Of a DNA stretch of 58,999 bases, positions 10,665-25,335 are shown in pieces. Position 1 is the first letter of the stretch; every line of letters starts with the position of its first letter. A model generated the notes under the pieces. It saw only the letters and a program-made list of their open reading frames with translations, searched no databases and was not told the DNA's origin. The translations under genes were made by a program, and so were the position numbers. Origin of the DNA: Myxococcales bacterium LLY-WYZ-16_1 (lineage in GTDB: Bacteria > Myxococcota > Kuafuiibacteriia > Kuafuiibacteriales > Kuafuiibacteriaceae); assembly GCA_031800475.1 (NCBI GenBank), contig DAPKRQ010000278.1, positions 1 through 58,999 of the forward strand, written 5' to 3'.

Positions 10665-11444
10665 TCAGGCGGGGTGCTCGCCGCTTTCGTGGGAGCGAAT
10701 GGCCCACTTCCACAGCACCATGTCCGGCACCGGGAGGGCCAAAAACAGGTGCTCCAGCACGGCCAGGGCGAGCATGGTTGCCACCAGACTGAGGCCGATG
10801 GCCTCGAATCCTCCGGTGGGCGCCGACATGGCCCGGCCGGTCAAAAAGCCGACCACGCCAGAGCCCACCCCGACCGAGATGGGCATGAGCGGATTCAGGT
10901 CGGCCTTTCGAAAGTAGCTCTTCAGGTAGGCCAGGTGAGGAGGGATGATCTCGACGGCCAGGTTGCGCACACCCCAGAAGATGTTGAACTTCGCGCTGAT
11001 GCGCATGGTCCAAAGCACCCACAGGGTCATCGTCCCGACCTGATTCGGGCCGTTCCAGGTCAGCGCCACCACCGCGGCCAGCGTGGCGGCCAGCGCGACC
11101 TCGTGATGGATCACCGTCTCGGTCGCGCAACGAAATCGCTCGAACCCCCGGGCGCCGGGGGGGCAAGCCGTCTTGCGGGGACCCGTGATCAGACCCATCA
11201 AGAACGTGAGCTCGTGCCACCCCCAGACCACCACGGCCGAGCAGAACGCCACGTAGGCGCCGAACACGGTGTCGTCTGCGCTGCTGACCGCCAATCCATA
11301 GACCGCCGCCAGCCCCGCCACCGTGGTGAGCGCCAAGCTGACGCGAAACGTCCGCGGGGGAAGACCGTCGATGTAGATCAGCACACCGGTGCTGAACCAC
11401 CACAGGAACATGGCGGACGCGGAAGCGAGGACGATGTCGACCAT
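10665..11444 (-). CDS. puhE: photosynthetic complex assembly protein PuhE
   Basis: LWWFSTG, WGWHELTFLMG.ITGPR, RISAKFNIF.GVRN, ALLEH-like AVLEHLFL motif. Position after acsF. Start could be GTG 11459. Confidence 0.9.
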   Translation of the reverse strand: MVDIVLASASAMFLWWFSTGVLIYIDGLPPRTFRVSLALTTVAGLAAVYGLAVSSADDTVFGAYVAFCSAVVVWGWHELTFLMGLITGPRKTACPPGARGFERFRCATETVIHHEVALAATLAAVVALTWNGPNQVGTMTLWVLWTMRISAKFNIFWGVRNLAVEIIPPHLAYLKSYFRKADLNPLMPISVGVGSGVVGFLTGRAMSAPTGGFEAIGLSLVATMLALAVLEHLFLALPVPDMVLWKWAIRSHESGEHPA

Positions 11445-11452
11445 CGAGGTGC

Positions 11453-12541
11453 TTACCACGCCGGCTGAAGCCGGCTCGTCTCCGGGAGGGTGTTCTTCTT
11501 GACCGGCAGGAAGTACAGCCGCGCGAATGTGGCCACCGCCTGGGCCTGCAGCCCGAGCACCTTCACCCGGTTCCACAAACCCCCTTTCCGCTTGGCATCG
11601 TCAATCTTGGTGGCGATTCGAACCATGCGGTCCAGATTCGCTTTGAACGCGGGGTTGTCCAAGTCGAGCAAGACCGGAAAGACCTGCTTGCAGATCTCGA
11701 GAGTGATTCGAAAGACCTGCATACCGTATTCGCTCGGATCGATTCCCAAAGCCTCGTGGAAGGCGTGCCGATGGTGATCGCGCACGTACATGGTGGCAAA
11801 GACGGCGAGCTGGAAGAATCGAATCCAGAGCTTGTTGGTGCCCTGGAGAAGCTTCGGATTGGCCCGCATCAACAGCGCGAAGGCCTCACCGTGCCGGAAT
11901 TCGTCGTTGCACCACTCTTGGAACCACTTGAAGATCGGGTGGAAGCGATGCTCCGGGTTCCGCTGCAAGTGCCGGAAGATGGTGATGTAGCGGGCGTATC
12001 CGATTTTCTCGGACAGGTAGGTCGCGTAGAAGATGAACTTCGGGCTGAAGAAGGTGTACTGCTTCGACCGGGTCAAAAAGCCCAGGTCTACGCCCATGTC
12101 GAAGTCCTTCAGACTGTCGTTGATGAACCCCGCATGCCGAGCTTCGTCCCGGCTCATGTACTTGAACAGGGCGCAGATGTCCGGGTTGGTGCCGCGCTTG
12201 CGCATCTCCGCGTAGAGCACGCAGCCCGAAAACTCGGCCGTCAGGGAACTGACCAAAAAGTCTAGGAACTCCTTCTTGAGATCCTCATCCAATTTGGACG
12301 TGTCCAGATCCCACTCTTCGGTTCGCTTGAAGTGACCCTTATTTGGGTCGCTGGCCATTTCGGCGATCAGCTCGTCCCATTCGGCCCGCACCGGACTGAC
12401 GTCCATGCGGTCCAGTTCGTCATAATTGGTCGTGTAGAACCGCGGACTCAACACCGTGGTCTCTTGCGCCTTTTGGGTGCTGGCGTTGACGTTCTTTTCG
12501 GTGCGATGTCGGGGCTTCATGTCGAGTTCGGCGATGGTCAT
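11453..12541 (-). CDS. acsF: aerobic Mg-protoporphyrin IX monomethyl ester cyclase
   Basis: [48 protein letters not shown] di-iron motifs. Confidence 0.97.
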   Translation of the reverse strand: MTIAELDMKPRHRTEKNVNASTQKAQETTVLSPRFYTTNYDELDRMDVSPVRAEWDELIAEMASDPNKGHFKRTEEWDLDTSKLDEDLKKEFLDFLVSSLTAEFSGCVLYAEMRKRGTNPDICALFKYMSRDEARHAGFINDSLKDFDMGVDLGFLTRSKQYTFFSPKFIFYATYLSEKIGYARYITIFRHLQRNPEHRFHPIFKWFQEWCNDEFRHGEAFALLMRANPKLLQGTNKLWIRFFQLAVFATMYVRDHHRHAFHEALGIDPSEYGMQVFRITLEICKQVFPVLLDLDNPAFKANLDRMVRIATKIDDAKRKGGLWNRVKVLGLQAQAVATFARLYFLPVKKNTLPETSRLQPAW

Positions 12542-12840
12542 AGCGTTCTCCGTTCCGTGAAGCTCACGTCGAGCAAATCAAGGCACTCCAGGTTGCCGAC
12601 GAGTTTGGTCCACTGGCGCTCGAGCCAGTTGGCTCGAGTCACCGTGGCCGTCCGACGCTCCACCACCCGCTCTCCGAAGGGCGGGTGGATCGGCCGGCCG
12701 TGGATCAGAACCTGATCGCCAGGTTCCATCTGAATGCCCCCGTCCAAATCGACGTGGGCATGAAGGCTTTCGAAGGTATGCGAGACGTCGACGGTACAGC
12801 CGGTCTCGAAGACCCGTCGGCGCAGCAGATTCCAGTTCAC
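12538..12840 (-). CDS. conserved small PGC protein between puhC and acsF
   Basis: [29 protein letters not shown]...FGE...[15 protein letters not shown] pattern. Translationally coupled on both sides. Confidence 0.8.
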   Translation of the reverse strand: MNWNLLRRRVFETGCTVDVSHTFESLHAHVDLDGGIQMEPGDQVLIHGRPIHPPFGERVVERRTATVTRANWLERQWTKLVGNLECLDLLDVSFTERRTL

Positions 12841-13325
12841 GGTGTGCCTCCATTCATCGCCTGCTCGGGGCCCGAGGGCGCGTCCAGCAGGCGAGCGAAA
12901 CTATCGAGGTTCGTCGGACCAAAGGCGTTCAGGTAGACGACCCGGTCCGTGGACGGGTCGTGCAAGGACAGGCGCCCGTCGGCCCAGTGCGTGAGGGTGT
13001 ACGGGGCATCCGGCTGTGCGCCTTCGAGCATGCGCTGCCGGTCCATACCCCGCACGACCCCCCAGATGAAGCCCTGAGAGCCCATTTCGAACTCCGCGAT
13101 CAGGGTGTCGGACCGACCTCGATACACGGCGATGGAACCGTCCGGCCGTTCGTCGAACCGAACCTGGACCGCCTGCACCGGTTTCGTGTCGGGGACCTCG
13201 ACCACCCCGTAGCCCGTGGTGCGGGCCACCGCCACGATCCCGATGGTGAACAGGATCAAAGCGCCGGCTGCGACCAGCACGCCCTTCGGAAAGGGTCGGT
13301 TGCCATGTGGATCCGACATGTTCAT
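12837..13325 (-). CDS. puhC: photosynthetic complex assembly protein PuhC
   Basis: FPKGVL + TM, GFIWGVVRGM.RQR, DGRLSL.DPST, LNAFGPTN. Confidence 0.92.
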   Translation of the reverse strand: MNMSDPHGNRPFPKGVLVAAGALILFTIGIVAVARTTGYGVVEVPDTKPVQAVQVRFDERPDGSIAVYRGRSDTLIAEFEMGSQGFIWGVVRGMDRQRMLEGAQPDAPYTLTHWADGRLSLHDPSTDRVVYLNAFGPTNLDSFARLLDAPSGPEQAMNGGTP

Positions 13326-13350
13326 CTACTCCTTCGTCCATTGCGTTCGG

Positions 13351-14019
13351 TCACGCTGACGCGAACCCGGCCATGGGGTTCGGAGTCGAACGCTCCGACG
13401 ATTCACTTTCGACCGAAGATGCGGCTGCGGCAGTCTGCTGATCATGGGCTTCGCGAAGGGCGTCGCCCAGCAGCTCCGCCACCTTTTTGCCCTCTGGAAC
13501 GCACCGCATCATCGGCTGCGTGGGGTTGTACTTCCACGGCCGGGTGTGAGGCCACAGATGCAAGAAAGCGAGGTTGCCCGTGCCGGCCATCTCCAGCGGA
13601 ATCTCGCCCGCACCGCTTTTGTCCGGCTTGAACAGCGCCGACTTCACCTGTTTGAAAGGCAGGTTGACCGCCATGGTCAGGGCGATGCCGTACCGAAGCA
13701 CCACGCGCCGGTTCGTGATCGTGTAGATCGTGGTCCGTGCGTTCCAGTAGGCCAAGCCGACCAGTACGGCCACCAGGACCACTCCGACCGGAACGAGCGA
13801 CAGGGAAGCGAGGACGGCGCCTCCGAGGGTCGCGCCCTCGGAAGCGGCAACCAAGCCTCGCACGACCACCAGGGCGGCGAAGTAGAACGCCGCGGCTCGG
13901 GCGTGAAACACCCGGCGGGCCATGACTTTCCAGTCCGGCTGGCCCTGCCACAGAATGTACTCACCTGCCGGAAGCAGCTCCGGCAGACCTTCGATCGGTT
14001 CGTATTCGAATTCTTTCAC
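13351..14019 (-). CDS. puhB: photosynthetic complex assembly protein PuhB
   Basis: EPIEGLPELLPAGEYILWQGQP, TIYTITNRRVV.RYGIAL, LWPHTRPW...PQPMMR-like segment. Confidence 0.93.
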   Translation of the reverse strand: MKEFEYEPIEGLPELLPAGEYILWQGQPDWKVMARRVFHARAAAFYFAALVVVRGLVAASEGATLGGAVLASLSLVPVGVVLVAVLVGLAYWNARTTIYTITNRRVVLRYGIALTMAVNLPFKQVKSALFKPDKSGAGEIPLEMAGTGNLAFLHLWPHTRPWKYNPTQPMMRCVPEGKKVAELLGDALREAHDQQTAAAASSVESESSERSTPNPMAGFASA

Positions 14020-14786
14020 AGCAGCGGCCCCATCCGGGAAGCCTTCCCGTACAGCTTTCCTCCGGCGAAGAACGCCTGGATCTTCTCTTCTTCGAGTATG
14101 GTCACCTGGTCCGCCTTGGCGAGGCGCGGAACCTTCGGAAAGTGCTCCGACATCAGGGCTTGGACATGAACGTACTTCTTCTTTTCACCCTGAATCCGAA
14201 GCATGGTGACGGGGATCAGTACGTTGGATCCGCCCTGCAGCGTCGCCTCCAGGTAGCGCACCTGGTTTTCGCTGCGGTCGACCCAGATGTCCTTGATTTT
14301 GCCGACCGACTTCTTGTCGCCCGCAAACACCTCCATGCCGCGGGGATCCTCCTTTTGCTTGGCCACGTCGTACTCGTTGCTGGCCCTCAGAGGCATCAAC
14401 GCGGGTTTGCCGTCTCGGGTGAGCTCCGGTTCGTCGTGACGTTCCGCCCAAGAGGCCGGGCCGACGCCGTCGACCATCGGGTCTCCGGTGGGCTCATACG
14501 GTGATCCAGGCCATGGCGCGACCCGCTTGATCTTGTGGTTGCGGGTGTCCCGCTTGTCGTTTGGAGCGAAATAGCTTCCACCCTCGGGGAGCTTGTACTC
14601 CTTGGGCTTCGCCATCAGGATCTTGTTCTTCTTGCCGACCTGTCCGGTGAGGTCGGTCTCCAGCGGATAGCCTTCTCGCCGATCCTCCCGGCGGATGTAG
14701 AAGACCAAGCCCGCGAAGAAGAGCCAGAAGATATAGAGTGTGACTTGAGCGACGTCGATGTAACCTGTGAGTGCACCCGTAGGCAT
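14016..14786 (-). CDS. puhA: reaction centre H subunit
   Basis: GALTGYIDVAQVTLYIFWLFFAGLVFYIRREDRREGYPL, PTGDPMVDGVGPASWAER, PRC barrel, TILEEEKIQAFFAGG.LY. Confidence 0.97.
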   Translation of the reverse strand: MPTGALTGYIDVAQVTLYIFWLFFAGLVFYIRREDRREGYPLETDLTGQVGKKNKILMAKPKEYKLPEGGSYFAPNDKRDTRNHKIKRVAPWPGSPYEPTGDPMVDGVGPASWAERHDEPELTRDGKPALMPLRASNEYDVAKQKEDPRGMEVFAGDKKSVGKIKDIWVDRSENQVRYLEATLQGGSNVLIPVTMLRIQGEKKKYVHVQALMSEHFPKVPRLAKADQVTILEEEKIQAFFAGGKLYGKASRMGPLL

Positions 14787-14807
14787 CTTGAACTCCTTTG
14801 GCTGGAA

Positions 14808-16241
14808 TCAGCCAGGCAGCTCGGCCAATCCGAACCGCGATGGGGATCCTCCCGGATCCTTGAAACGACGAACGAGCGGTCCGATCGCGACCAGCGACGC
14901 GAACAACAGCCCGATTTCGATGTGGTAGACGACACAATATCCCGCCGCTGGACCGGTGAGGGCGGGGCCCAGGTATCCGCGCGCAGCCAGGTCACCCAGC
15001 ACGTCCCGGATCGCTCCACCCATGGCCAAACCTCCGCCGGCGGCTGTGGCTTGCACGGCTCCCCAGGCTCCGAGAGCCAGGCCGCTCCCACCGGTCTCGG
15101 ACAGTCCCATGGCAGCGGTCAGTGTACCCACTGCGAACAACCCGCCGCCAAAGCCGATGAAGAAGGTCCCGGCTCGAAACAGCAGGACCGAGTTCAGGGG
15201 ATCGGCAAAGATCACCGCCGAGAACGCCCCGATCCCCGCGAGAGCGCCCATGGCAGCCAGAAAGAACGGATCGTGGTCGCGGCTCAGTGCTCGAGCCGCG
15301 AGAGCCAGGCCCAACAGCGTTCCCCCCGCCAAAATGGCCGTCAAGAAAGTCGTGTCCGACACCGACAGGTTCAGCACCTCGCCGCCGTAAGGCTCGAGCA
15401 AGATGTCTTGCATGCTGAAGGCGGCGGTGCCCAAACCGACGATCACCAAGAGGCGACTCGCTTTGCCGCCGGCCGAAAACTCTGCCCAGGACTCGGCGAA
15501 GCTGGGTCGAGGCCGGTCGGGGGCAGTCCGGCTCGGGTCTCTCGCTTCCTGCTTCCACAAAGCGACTGCGTTGAGCACCAGGGTCAGACCGGCAGCGCCT
15601 TGAATGACCTGAATCAGCTTGACGGATCCGAAGTCGGCCAGGAGCACCCCGAACGCCAGCGCGCTTCCCAGCATGCCGACGAGCAGCATCACATACAGGA
15701 GTGCAACAACCCGAGGCCGCGAGTCCTCCGGTGCGTTGTCGGTGGCCAAGGCCAGCCCGGCGGTCTGGGTGGTGTGCAGGCCGATCCCGGTCACCAAGAA
15801 GGCGACGGCCGCGCCGATCTCTCCCGCCAACGGCGGGGCGTTCACGGCGTCGCCCGACAGGATGAGCAGCGCGAAGGGCATGATCGACAGGCCCCCGAAT
15901 TGAAGCATCGCGCCCAGCCAAATGTACGGGATGCGCCGCCAGCCGATGACCGAAGCATGATTGTCCGATCGAAATCCGACCAGAGCTCGAAACGGGGCGA
16001 AGAGCAGAGGCAGGGACACCATGGTGGCCACGAGCCAGGCGGGGATGCCCAGCTCGATGATCATCACCCGGTTGAGGGTTCCGTTCAACAGAACAGTGGC
16101 CATGCCCACCGAAATCTGGAACAGGGACAACCGCAAGAGCCTTCCGAGCGGCAGCTCGTCGGTGGCCGCATCGGCGAACGGCAGCAGGCGTGGGCCCACC
16201 TTTCGCCAAGCGCGGACGATGCTGTCGTTCCAGGTCTTCAT
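14808..16241 (-). CDS. lhaA: LH1 assembly protein LhaA (PucC/BCD-family MFS)
   Basis: LPFADAAT.ELPLGRLLRLSLFQ, GTLNRVMIIEL, MQDILLEPYGG. Lies between bchM and puhA. Confidence 0.92.
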   Translation of the reverse strand: MKTWNDSIVRAWRKVGPRLLPFADAATDELPLGRLLRLSLFQISVGMATVLLNGTLNRVMIIELGIPAWLVATMVSLPLLFAPFRALVGFRSDNHASVIGWRRIPYIWLGAMLQFGGLSIMPFALLILSGDAVNAPPLAGEIGAAVAFLVTGIGLHTTQTAGLALATDNAPEDSRPRVVALLYVMLLVGMLGSALAFGVLLADFGSVKLIQVIQGAAGLTLVLNAVALWKQEARDPSRTAPDRPRPSFAESWAEFSAGGKASRLLVIVGLGTAAFSMQDILLEPYGGEVLNLSVSDTTFLTAILAGGTLLGLALAARALSRDHDPFFLAAMGALAGIGAFSAVIFADPLNSVLLFRAGTFFIGFGGGLFAVGTLTAAMGLSETGGSGLALGAWGAVQATAAGGGLAMGGAIRDVLGDLAARGYLGPALTGPAAGYCVVYHIEIGLLFASLVAIGPLVRRFKDPGGSPSRFGLAELPG

Positions 16242-16929
16242 GCCCGTGTGACCTCCAGCGCTTGCGAGGTATAAAAGCCTCGCTGAATCCGGCGGGTCCG
16301 GCCCGGAGTCCATCCGACCAGGGCTTCGCTTCGGTCCATTCGCCGAAGCAGGCCCCGGGCCGAGATAGGCTCGATGGCCGGGGCTCGGTCGCTTCGGGGG
16401 AACAGTCGACCGACGGCGTGCATGGCCGACAACAGAACCGTACGCGGGGCGAAGGTGAACAACACCTGGTAGGTCGAAAGTTCCGCCAATCGCTCGATCA
16501 TGCGAACCATGTCGTGGGCCTGGTAGTGGATGAGCGAATCCATGGCCACCACCCGATCGAAGTGGCCAAGGGACGGATCCATCATGTCACCCACCCGAAA
16601 GTCGATGTGGACATCGTTCGGGAGTCGCTCTCGAGCCACCCGTACCAGGTTCTCCGCCAGATCGATGGCGACCACTTCGGCGCCGCGCCGGGCCGCTTCG
16701 ACCGCCAACATGCCCGTGCCGCAGCCTGCGTCCAGGATCCGCTGACCCGACAGATCCGCAGGCATCCAGTCCAGGAGGGTCTGGCGCATCTCGTCTCGTC
16801 CAGCCCGGACCGTCGCCCGAATCCGGCTGACCGGAGCGTCCGAGGTGAGCAGGGCCCACGCCTCGGCCGCTGTCCGGTCGAAGTAGGTTTCGAGCTGGCT
16901 CCGGCGCCGCTGGTAGGAGAGGGCCTTCA

Positions 16930-16930
<1 letters not shown>
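16238..16930 (-). CDS. bchM: Mg-protoporphyrin IX O-methyltransferase
   Basis: LETYFDRTA, VSRIRATVRAGRD, LDAGCGTG, AMDSLIHY. ATG 16930. Confidence 0.96.
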
Positions 16931-17832
<902 letters not shown>

Positions 17833-17859
17833 CTACCTGCCTTTTGCTCTTTTGGAGGC

Positions 17860-20800
17860 CTAAGCGGCCACCGCGCTGTTTCCGATACCCTCGAGCCGGT
17901 CTTCGAGTTCGGCTCCCGCTTTCCGGAGTGCTTCGAGGGTCGATGGGTCCGGCTCCCAGTAGGAGCGCTCGTGGGCTTCGAGCAGCCGGTTGGCCAGCTT
18001 CACCGACGCCTTCGGGTTCAGCTGAGCCAGCCGCTCTCTCATTTCGGGGTCCAGAACGTAGGTTTCCGACAGCTGCTGGTAGACCCACGGCTGAACTTGG
18101 CCGGTCGTCGCCGACCAGCCCATGGTGTTGGTGATGCTGGCTTCGATCTGGCGGACGCCCTCGGAGCCGTGCTGAAGAAGGCCTTCGTACCACTTGGGGT
18201 TGAGCATGCGGGTTCGGCTTTCCAGGGTGACCTGTTCGCCGAGGGTCCGAACGGTGCCCTCACCCCGGGTGGTGTCTCCGATGTAGACCGGCACGTCCTC
18301 GCCGCTGGCGCGGCGCACTGCCCGCCCGATTCCACCCAGGGTATCGAAGTAGTGATCGATGGTCGTGACGCCCAGCTCGACCGATTCCAGGTTCTGGTAG
18401 GTGAGCTTCACGCCGGACAGGACGCTCTTGAGCATTTCCTCCTGGCGAACGGGCCGCCCGGAGCGGCCGTAGGCAAAGCACTTGCGCCGGCTGTAGGCTT
18501 CAGCCAACTCGTCTTCTTCGTTCCAGGCGCCGCTGTCCACCAGTTGGTTCACGTTGGAGCCGTAGGCTCCGTCGGCGTTGCTGAAGACCCGCAGGGCGGC
18601 GGTCTCCATGTCGCAGCCCTGCTCCCGTTGAAAGCGCAGGCTGTTGCGCCGGATGTGGTTCATCTCCTCCGGCTCGTCGGCCGTCGCCGCCAGATACGCG
18701 GCCTCCGCCAGCATCCGGGTCTGAAGGGGCATCAGGTCTCGGAAGATGCCAGACAAGGTGACCATCACGTCGATCCGGGGCCGGCCCAGTTCCTCGAGTG
18801 GGACGAGCTCCGCCCCGGCCAGTCTGCCGTAGCCGTCGAAGCGGGGTTTGGCGCCGATCAGCGCCAAGACCTGACCGATCGGTCCGCCTTCGGTCTTCAG
18901 ATTGTCGGTGCCCCACAGGACCAGGGCCACCGAGTCGGGGAGCGGATGCCCGTCGGCCGTATACCGATCCAGCAGCTTTCGGGCCTGGCGCTCCCCTTCT
19001 TTGACCGCGAACTTGCTCGGGATCCGGAATGGGTCGAAGCCGTGGACGTTGCGTCCGGTCGGCAGGATGTCCGGGGTCCGAAGCAGGTCTCCTCCCGGGG
19101 CGGGTCGAATGAATCGCCCGTCCAGGGCCCGCAGGAGTGCCTCGATCTCCGGGTTCGTTTCGAGCAGAGCGGCCGTCTTCGACAGCTCCTCGAACAACTG
19201 CACGTCCTCGGCGGTGGGCTCCACCCCCGCTGCCGTCCACGCCTCTTTGGGCGAGCTGCCGAGGACGAGAGCCCTTACCGCGTCCTCAGGCGGGCGGGTG
19301 CCGCTCGAGGCTTCGGCCATGGCCAGGAGCTGATCGGTTCTCTCCTGCTCGGAACCAGGTTCTCCGAGTACGTGGAGGCCGCAGGGGATCAGCGTGTCCT
19401 GAACTTCTTGCAGCTCGTCGGACACCCGTTTCACTTCGGTCTCGTCCGTCCAGGCCGGTTCGGCATCCGCGAGCTCGAGCTCGGCGGCCTGGGCCTGAAT
19501 CAGCTCCAGCAGGCGCTCCCGCTCCGACACGTCCTCCGGGGGCAAACCGCGCCAGCGGTCGATGGACTCCTTGAGCTCCAGAAGACCCTTGTAGATGCCG
19601 GCTTGGGCCACCGGCGGGGTCAGGTAGCTGATCAGGGTGGCGGCCGCCCGGCGCTTGGCGATCGTGCCTTCCGAAGGGTTGTTGGCTGCGTAGAGGTAGA
19701 TGTTGGGCACGTCGCCGATCAGGCGATCCGGCCAACAGGTGTCGGACATGCCGCACTGCTTGCCGGGCATGAACTCCAGGGCCCCGTGGGTGCCGAAATG
19801 CACGTAGGCATCGGCGCCAAAGTCCTGCTGCAGGTAGCGATAGAAAGCCGAAAAGGCATGGGTCGGCGCGAAGCCCGATTCGAACAGCAAGCGCATCGGG
19901 TCGCCCTCGTAGCCGAAAGCGGGTTGCAGACCGACCATCACGTTGCCGAATTCCGCCCCGAGAACGAGCAGAGAGGCACCGTCCGTCTGTTCCCGGCCCG
20001 GCGCCGGGCCCCATTGGGCTTCGATCTCCTTCAGGTACTTTTCCTTGCGGACGTGGTCGTCCACCGACACCCGGGCGCAGACGTTGGCGTCGGTGCCGTA
20101 CTGCTCGGCATTGCCTTGGACGATCCGGTCACGGAGCTCGTCGACGGTGGCCGGAACCTCCACCCGGTATCCCTGGACCTTCAGGGCCTGCAGGGTCCGG
20201 TGCAGGGACTCGAACACCGACAGGTAGGCGGCGGTGCCCGTGGCTCCGCTGTTCGGGGGGAAATTGAACAAAACGATGGCGACCTTTCGTTCGCTCCGGG
20301 GCTTGACCCGCAGCGAAGCCCAGCGCGCTACCCGTTCTGCCAGGGTGTCGACCCGGTCCCCGACCGGCAGCATGGCCCGGTCCGCACCGTCTTGGCCGGG
20401 TCGACCGCCGAACACGATCCGGCCGGTGGCGCCGTCGAGCTCGGGGATCGCCACCATGATGGTGGACTCCACGGGCAGCAGACCGCGGCCCGAGTCCTGC
20501 CACTCGCGGACGGTCTGGAACTCCAGGGCCTGGCCCGAGATGTAGGGTACGTCGAGCTGGTCCAGAAGCTCTTCGGCAGCGGCCGAGTCGTTGAAGGCAG
20601 GGCCGCCGACCAAGGAGAAGCTCGTCAAGGAGACCAGGGCGTCGATCTCGGTCTTGCCGTCTTTTCTGAAGAAGGCTTCGACGGCGGGCCGGGCGTCCAG
20701 ACCGCTGGCGAACGCCACCCGGACCGCGAATCCCCGCTCCTCGAGGGCGCGGACCACTGCGTCGTAGTGCGCGCAATCTCCGGCCAGAATGTACGAGCGC

Positions 20801-21567
20801 AGGACCAGCACGCCCACGGTGCCCCGGCAGTTCGCGGGCGGCGGGGGAAGCTCGTCCAGGCCATGAGCGATCCGGTTTGGCAAATCCGGGTGGTACAGAC
20901 CGGTGTCCGGATACTCCACGGGCTGGGCGGCCTTGACCGAGCCCCGGAGGCTCTTTCGTTCGCCGGATGCGTAACGGGTGACCAAAAAGCGCACCATGTT
21001 GGCGATGTTGTCGTCAGAGCCGCCGAGCCAGTACTGCATGCTCAGGAAGTAGGCCCGAACGTCCTGGGCGGTCCCGGGAATGAACCGAAGGATCTTCGGC
21101 AACCGGCGCAGCACCGCCAGTTGCTGGGCTCCAGCGCTGGCTTTGCTGCTCTTCTTCGAGCCCCGCAGTCGCTTCAAAAGCGCCATGGGGCCCTTTTGGG
21201 GACCATCCATCTTGAAGCCTCCCAGTCGGGTGAGCTTCACGATCTCGCCAGCGGAAACCGCGCCGAGCATGGCGTCGCATTGGTCGCGGCGGGCTTTCAG
21301 AGCCGGCAAGACGGCCTGCACGTGCTCTTCGATGAACAGCATGGCCACGACGATGATGTCGCCTTGCTCGATGTCTCGAATGCACGCGTCGAGTTTTTCG
21401 GGATGGCTGGCCCAGTCCGAAGCCGCGTGCATGCTGAGCTCGAGGCCGGGAAGGTCTTGCCGGACCTGTTCGCGGGCGCGGTCCACCGCCCCGGCAATGT
21501 GCCGATCCATGGTGATGATGACGACCCGGATCGGGGTCACTTCATCGGCTGAAATGGGCTTTTGCAT
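17860..21567 (-). CDS. bchH: magnesium chelatase subunit H
   Basis: [57 protein letters not shown]. Confidence 0.98.
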   Translation of the reverse strand: MQKPISADEVTPIRVVIITMDRHIAGAVDRAREQVRQDLPGLELSMHAASDWASHPEKLDACIRDIEQGDIIVVAMLFIEEHVQAVLPALKARRDQCDAMLGAVSAGEIVKLTRLGGFKMDGPQKGPMALLKRLRGSKKSSKASAGAQQLAVLRRLPKILRFIPGTAQDVRAYFLSMQYWLGGSDDNIANMVRFLVTRYASGERKSLRGSVKAAQPVEYPDTGLYHPDLPNRIAHGLDELPPPPANCRGTVGVLVLRSYILAGDCAHYDAVVRALEERGFAVRVAFASGLDARPAVEAFFRKDGKTEIDALVSLTSFSLVGGPAFNDSAAAEELLDQLDVPYISGQALEFQTVREWQDSGRGLLPVESTIMVAIPELDGATGRIVFGGRPGQDGADRAMLPVGDRVDTLAERVARWASLRVKPRSERKVAIVLFNFPPNSGATGTAAYLSVFESLHRTLQALKVQGYRVEVPATVDELRDRIVQGNAEQYGTDANVCARVSVDDHVRKEKYLKEIEAQWGPAPGREQTDGASLLVLGAEFGNVMVGLQPAFGYEGDPMRLLFESGFAPTHAFSAFYRYLQQDFGADAYVHFGTHGALEFMPGKQCGMSDTCWPDRLIGDVPNIYLYAANNPSEGTIAKRRAAATLISYLTPPVAQAGIYKGLLELKESIDRWRGLPPEDVSERERLLELIQAQAAELELADAEPAWTDETEVKRVSDELQEVQDTLIPCGLHVLGEPGSEQERTDQLLAMAEASSGTRPPEDAVRALVLGSSPKEAWTAAGVEPTAEDVQLFEELSKTAALLETNPEIEALLRALDGRFIRPAPGGDLLRTPDILPTGRNVHGFDPFRIPSKFAVKEGERQARKLLDRYTADGHPLPDSVALVLWGTDNLKTEGGPIGQVLALIGAKPRFDGYGRLAGAELVPLEELGRPRIDVMVTLSGIFRDLMPLQTRMLAEAAYLAATADEPEEMNHIRRNSLRFQREQGCDMETAALRVFSNADGAYGSNVNQLVDSGAWNEEDELAEAYSRRKCFAYGRSGRPVRQEEMLKSVLSGVKLTYQNLESVELGVTTIDHYFDTLGGIGRAVRRASGEDVPVYIGDTTRGEGTVRTLGEQVTLESRTRMLNPKWYEGLLQHGSEGVRQIEASITNTMGWSATTGQVQPWVYQQLSETYVLDPEMRERLAQLNPKASVKLANRLLEAHERSYWEPDPSTLEALRKAGAELEDRLEGIGNSAVAA

Positions 21568-23299
21568 CGTAAAGCGTCTCCACAGTGATGGTCGTCAGAC
21601 CGTGCTCGGTGGCGAAGCGCTCGGTGTTCCGCCGAGCTTTGCCCCGAACGAAGAACGGAATCTTGTTCAGTTCCTTCTTGGCGTCGGGCTCCCAGCTGAG
21701 GCCCGCTTCTTCCTCGGAGGGGCCTCGGCTCGCTGCCTTCCGCCCGTTGTCCGCTCCGTGGGTCGCGGCCTGGCCGTTGGTGCCGGCGTGGCCGTTGGTA
21801 CCGGCGTGGCCGTTGGTGCCGGCGTGGCCGGCGGCTGCCGCGTTCGGGTCCGGTGGGGCCTGATCGCCGGGAGCCGCCTCTTCGGGGGCCCGATCGGCCG
21901 CGGTCCCCACCGTCTGCGCGTGGGCGGTGGCCGGGGAGAGCGTGGGGTCGTTCGGATCCGCCGCGCCCGATTTGCCCAAGTGGGAGGGGGCCGCCCCGTT
22001 CTTGAACTCGAAGTCCTCGCTGAACATGCCCAGAAGGTGTTCTTCGAGACCCATCATCAGTGGATGAACGAAGGTGTCGAAGAGGACATTGGCGCCCTCG
22101 AAGCCCATGTGGGGCGAGTACCGGGCCGGAAAGTCCTGAACGTGCACCGGAGCCGAAATCACCGCGCACGGAACACCGAGGCGCTTGGCGATGTGCCGTT
22201 CCATCTGGGTTCCGAGCACGATCTCGGGATGGAGTTCCGCGACGCGGTCCTCCACCTCCAGATGGTCGTCGGTGATCAGTGCCTCGAGGCCGTACTGCTC
22301 CGCGGCAGCTCGGACGTCCCGGGCGAACTCTCGACTGTAGGTACCCAGACCCACCACTTCGAACCCGAGCTCGTCCCGGGCGACCCGGGCCGCGGCGATG
22401 GCGTGGGTCGCGTCGCCGAAGACGAAACAACGCTTGCCGGTCAGATAGGTGGAGTCGATCGACTTGGAGTACCACGGCATCCGGGACATCTCTTTCGAGA
22501 GGACCGGCTCCGGGTCGATGCCGCAGAGCTCGGCCACCTCTTTGATGAAGTCGCGAGTGGCTCCGATGCCGATGGGCACCGTCTTGGTCATGGGCTGCTT
22601 ATGGGTTCGCTGCAGCCAACGGGCTGCGGTGTCGGCCACTTCCGGATACATGACCACGTTGAAGTCCGCGTCGGGGATTCGGGTCAGGTCCGCCGGGGTG
22701 GCTTCCATGGGTGCAGTGACGGCCACGTCCACGCCCAGTTGATTCAAAAGGCGCGTGATCTCGGTGATGTCGTCCCGATGCCGAAAGCCGAGGGCCGTGG
22801 GGCCGAGCAGGTTGCAGGTGGGCCGTTGGCGGTTGGGGCGTTCGGCCGGCTCGCTCCGGCGACCCGCGAAGGCGCGGATCATCTGATAGAAGGTTTCGGC
22901 TGCCCCCCAGTTTTCCTTTCGCTGGTAGGAGGGGAGCTCGAGCGGCACCACTGGCACATTCACGTTGAGCGCTTTCGAGATGCCAGCCGGGTCGTCCTGA
23001 AGGAGCTCGGCGGTGCACGAAGCGCCGACCATGATCGCTTGGGGCTTGAACCGCTCCACCGCCTCTTCAGCTGCGGTCCGAAACAGCTCGGCTGTGTCGG
23101 AACCCAGATCCCGGGCCTGAAAGGTGGTGTAGGTGACGGGCGGCCGGTGATCCCGGCGCTCGATCATGGTGAACAAGAGATCCGCGTAGGTATCGCCCTG
23201 GGGCGCATGCAGGACGTAGTGCACGTCCTTCATGCCCGTCGCGATCCGCATCGCGCCGACGTGGGGAGGGCCTTCGTATGTCCAAACCGTGAGTTTCAT
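21542..23299 (-). CDS. bchB: DPOR subunit B
   Basis: [34 protein letters not shown]-terminal [15 protein letters not shown]. Confidence 0.97.
   Translation of the reverse strand: MKLTVWTYEGPPHVGAMRIATGMKDVHYVLHAPQGDTYADLLFTMIERRDHRPPVTYTTFQARDLGSDTAELFRTAAEEAVERFKPQAIMVGASCTAELLQDDPAGISKALNVNVPVVPLELPSYQRKENWGAAETFYQMIRAFAGRRSEPAERPNRQRPTCNLLGPTALGFRHRDDITEITRLLNQLGVDVAVTAPMEATPADLTRIPDADFNVVMYPEVADTAARWLQRTHKQPMTKTVPIGIGATRDFIKEVAELCGIDPEPVLSKEMSRMPWYSKSIDSTYLTGKRCFVFGDATHAIAAARVARDELGFEVVGLGTYSREFARDVRAAAEQYGLEALITDDHLEVEDRVAELHPEIVLGTQMERHIAKRLGVPCAVISAPVHVQDFPARYSPHMGFEGANVLFDTFVHPLMMGLEEHLLGMFSEDFEFKNGAAPSHLGKSGAADPNDPTLSPATAHAQTVGTAADRAPEEAAPGDQAPPDPNAAAAGHAGTNGHAGTNGHAGTNGQAATHGADNGRKAASRGPSEEEAGLSWEPDAKKELNKIPFFVRGKARRNTERFATEHGLTTITVETLYDAKAHFSR
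21771..21830. repeat. 18-bp in-frame tandem repeat (3.3 copies) in the bchB linker
   Basis: tggccgttggt(g/a)ccggcg x3, encoding (GHAGTN)3. Confidence 0.9.
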
Positions 23300-23303
23300 C
23301 GGG

Positions 23304-25148
<1,845 letters not shown>

Positions 25149-25169
25149 CTAGAGGGACGCCATCGCGGG

Positions 25170-25203
25170 TGTCAAGCATTCTGGACGTAAATGAAGCTTT
25201 ACA
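25170..25203. promoter_or_regulatory. two imperfect PpsR/CrtJ boxes in the divergent bchF/aerR promoter
   Basis: TGT-caagcattctgg-ACG (25170-25187) and CGT-aaatgaagcttt-ACA (25186-25203). Confidence 0.7.
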
Positions 25204-25335
25204 ACGTCGGCCGGGTTGCCCTAGAGAAGGGAGCAAGGGGGGTCCGTTGTAGACGCGGATCTTTTCGTGGTCAGCTCCGCGAAGATGACCGAAGCGCCCA
25301 TGGGGGGTGCGGGTGTCACCGCGGAGGGGGTTTCG

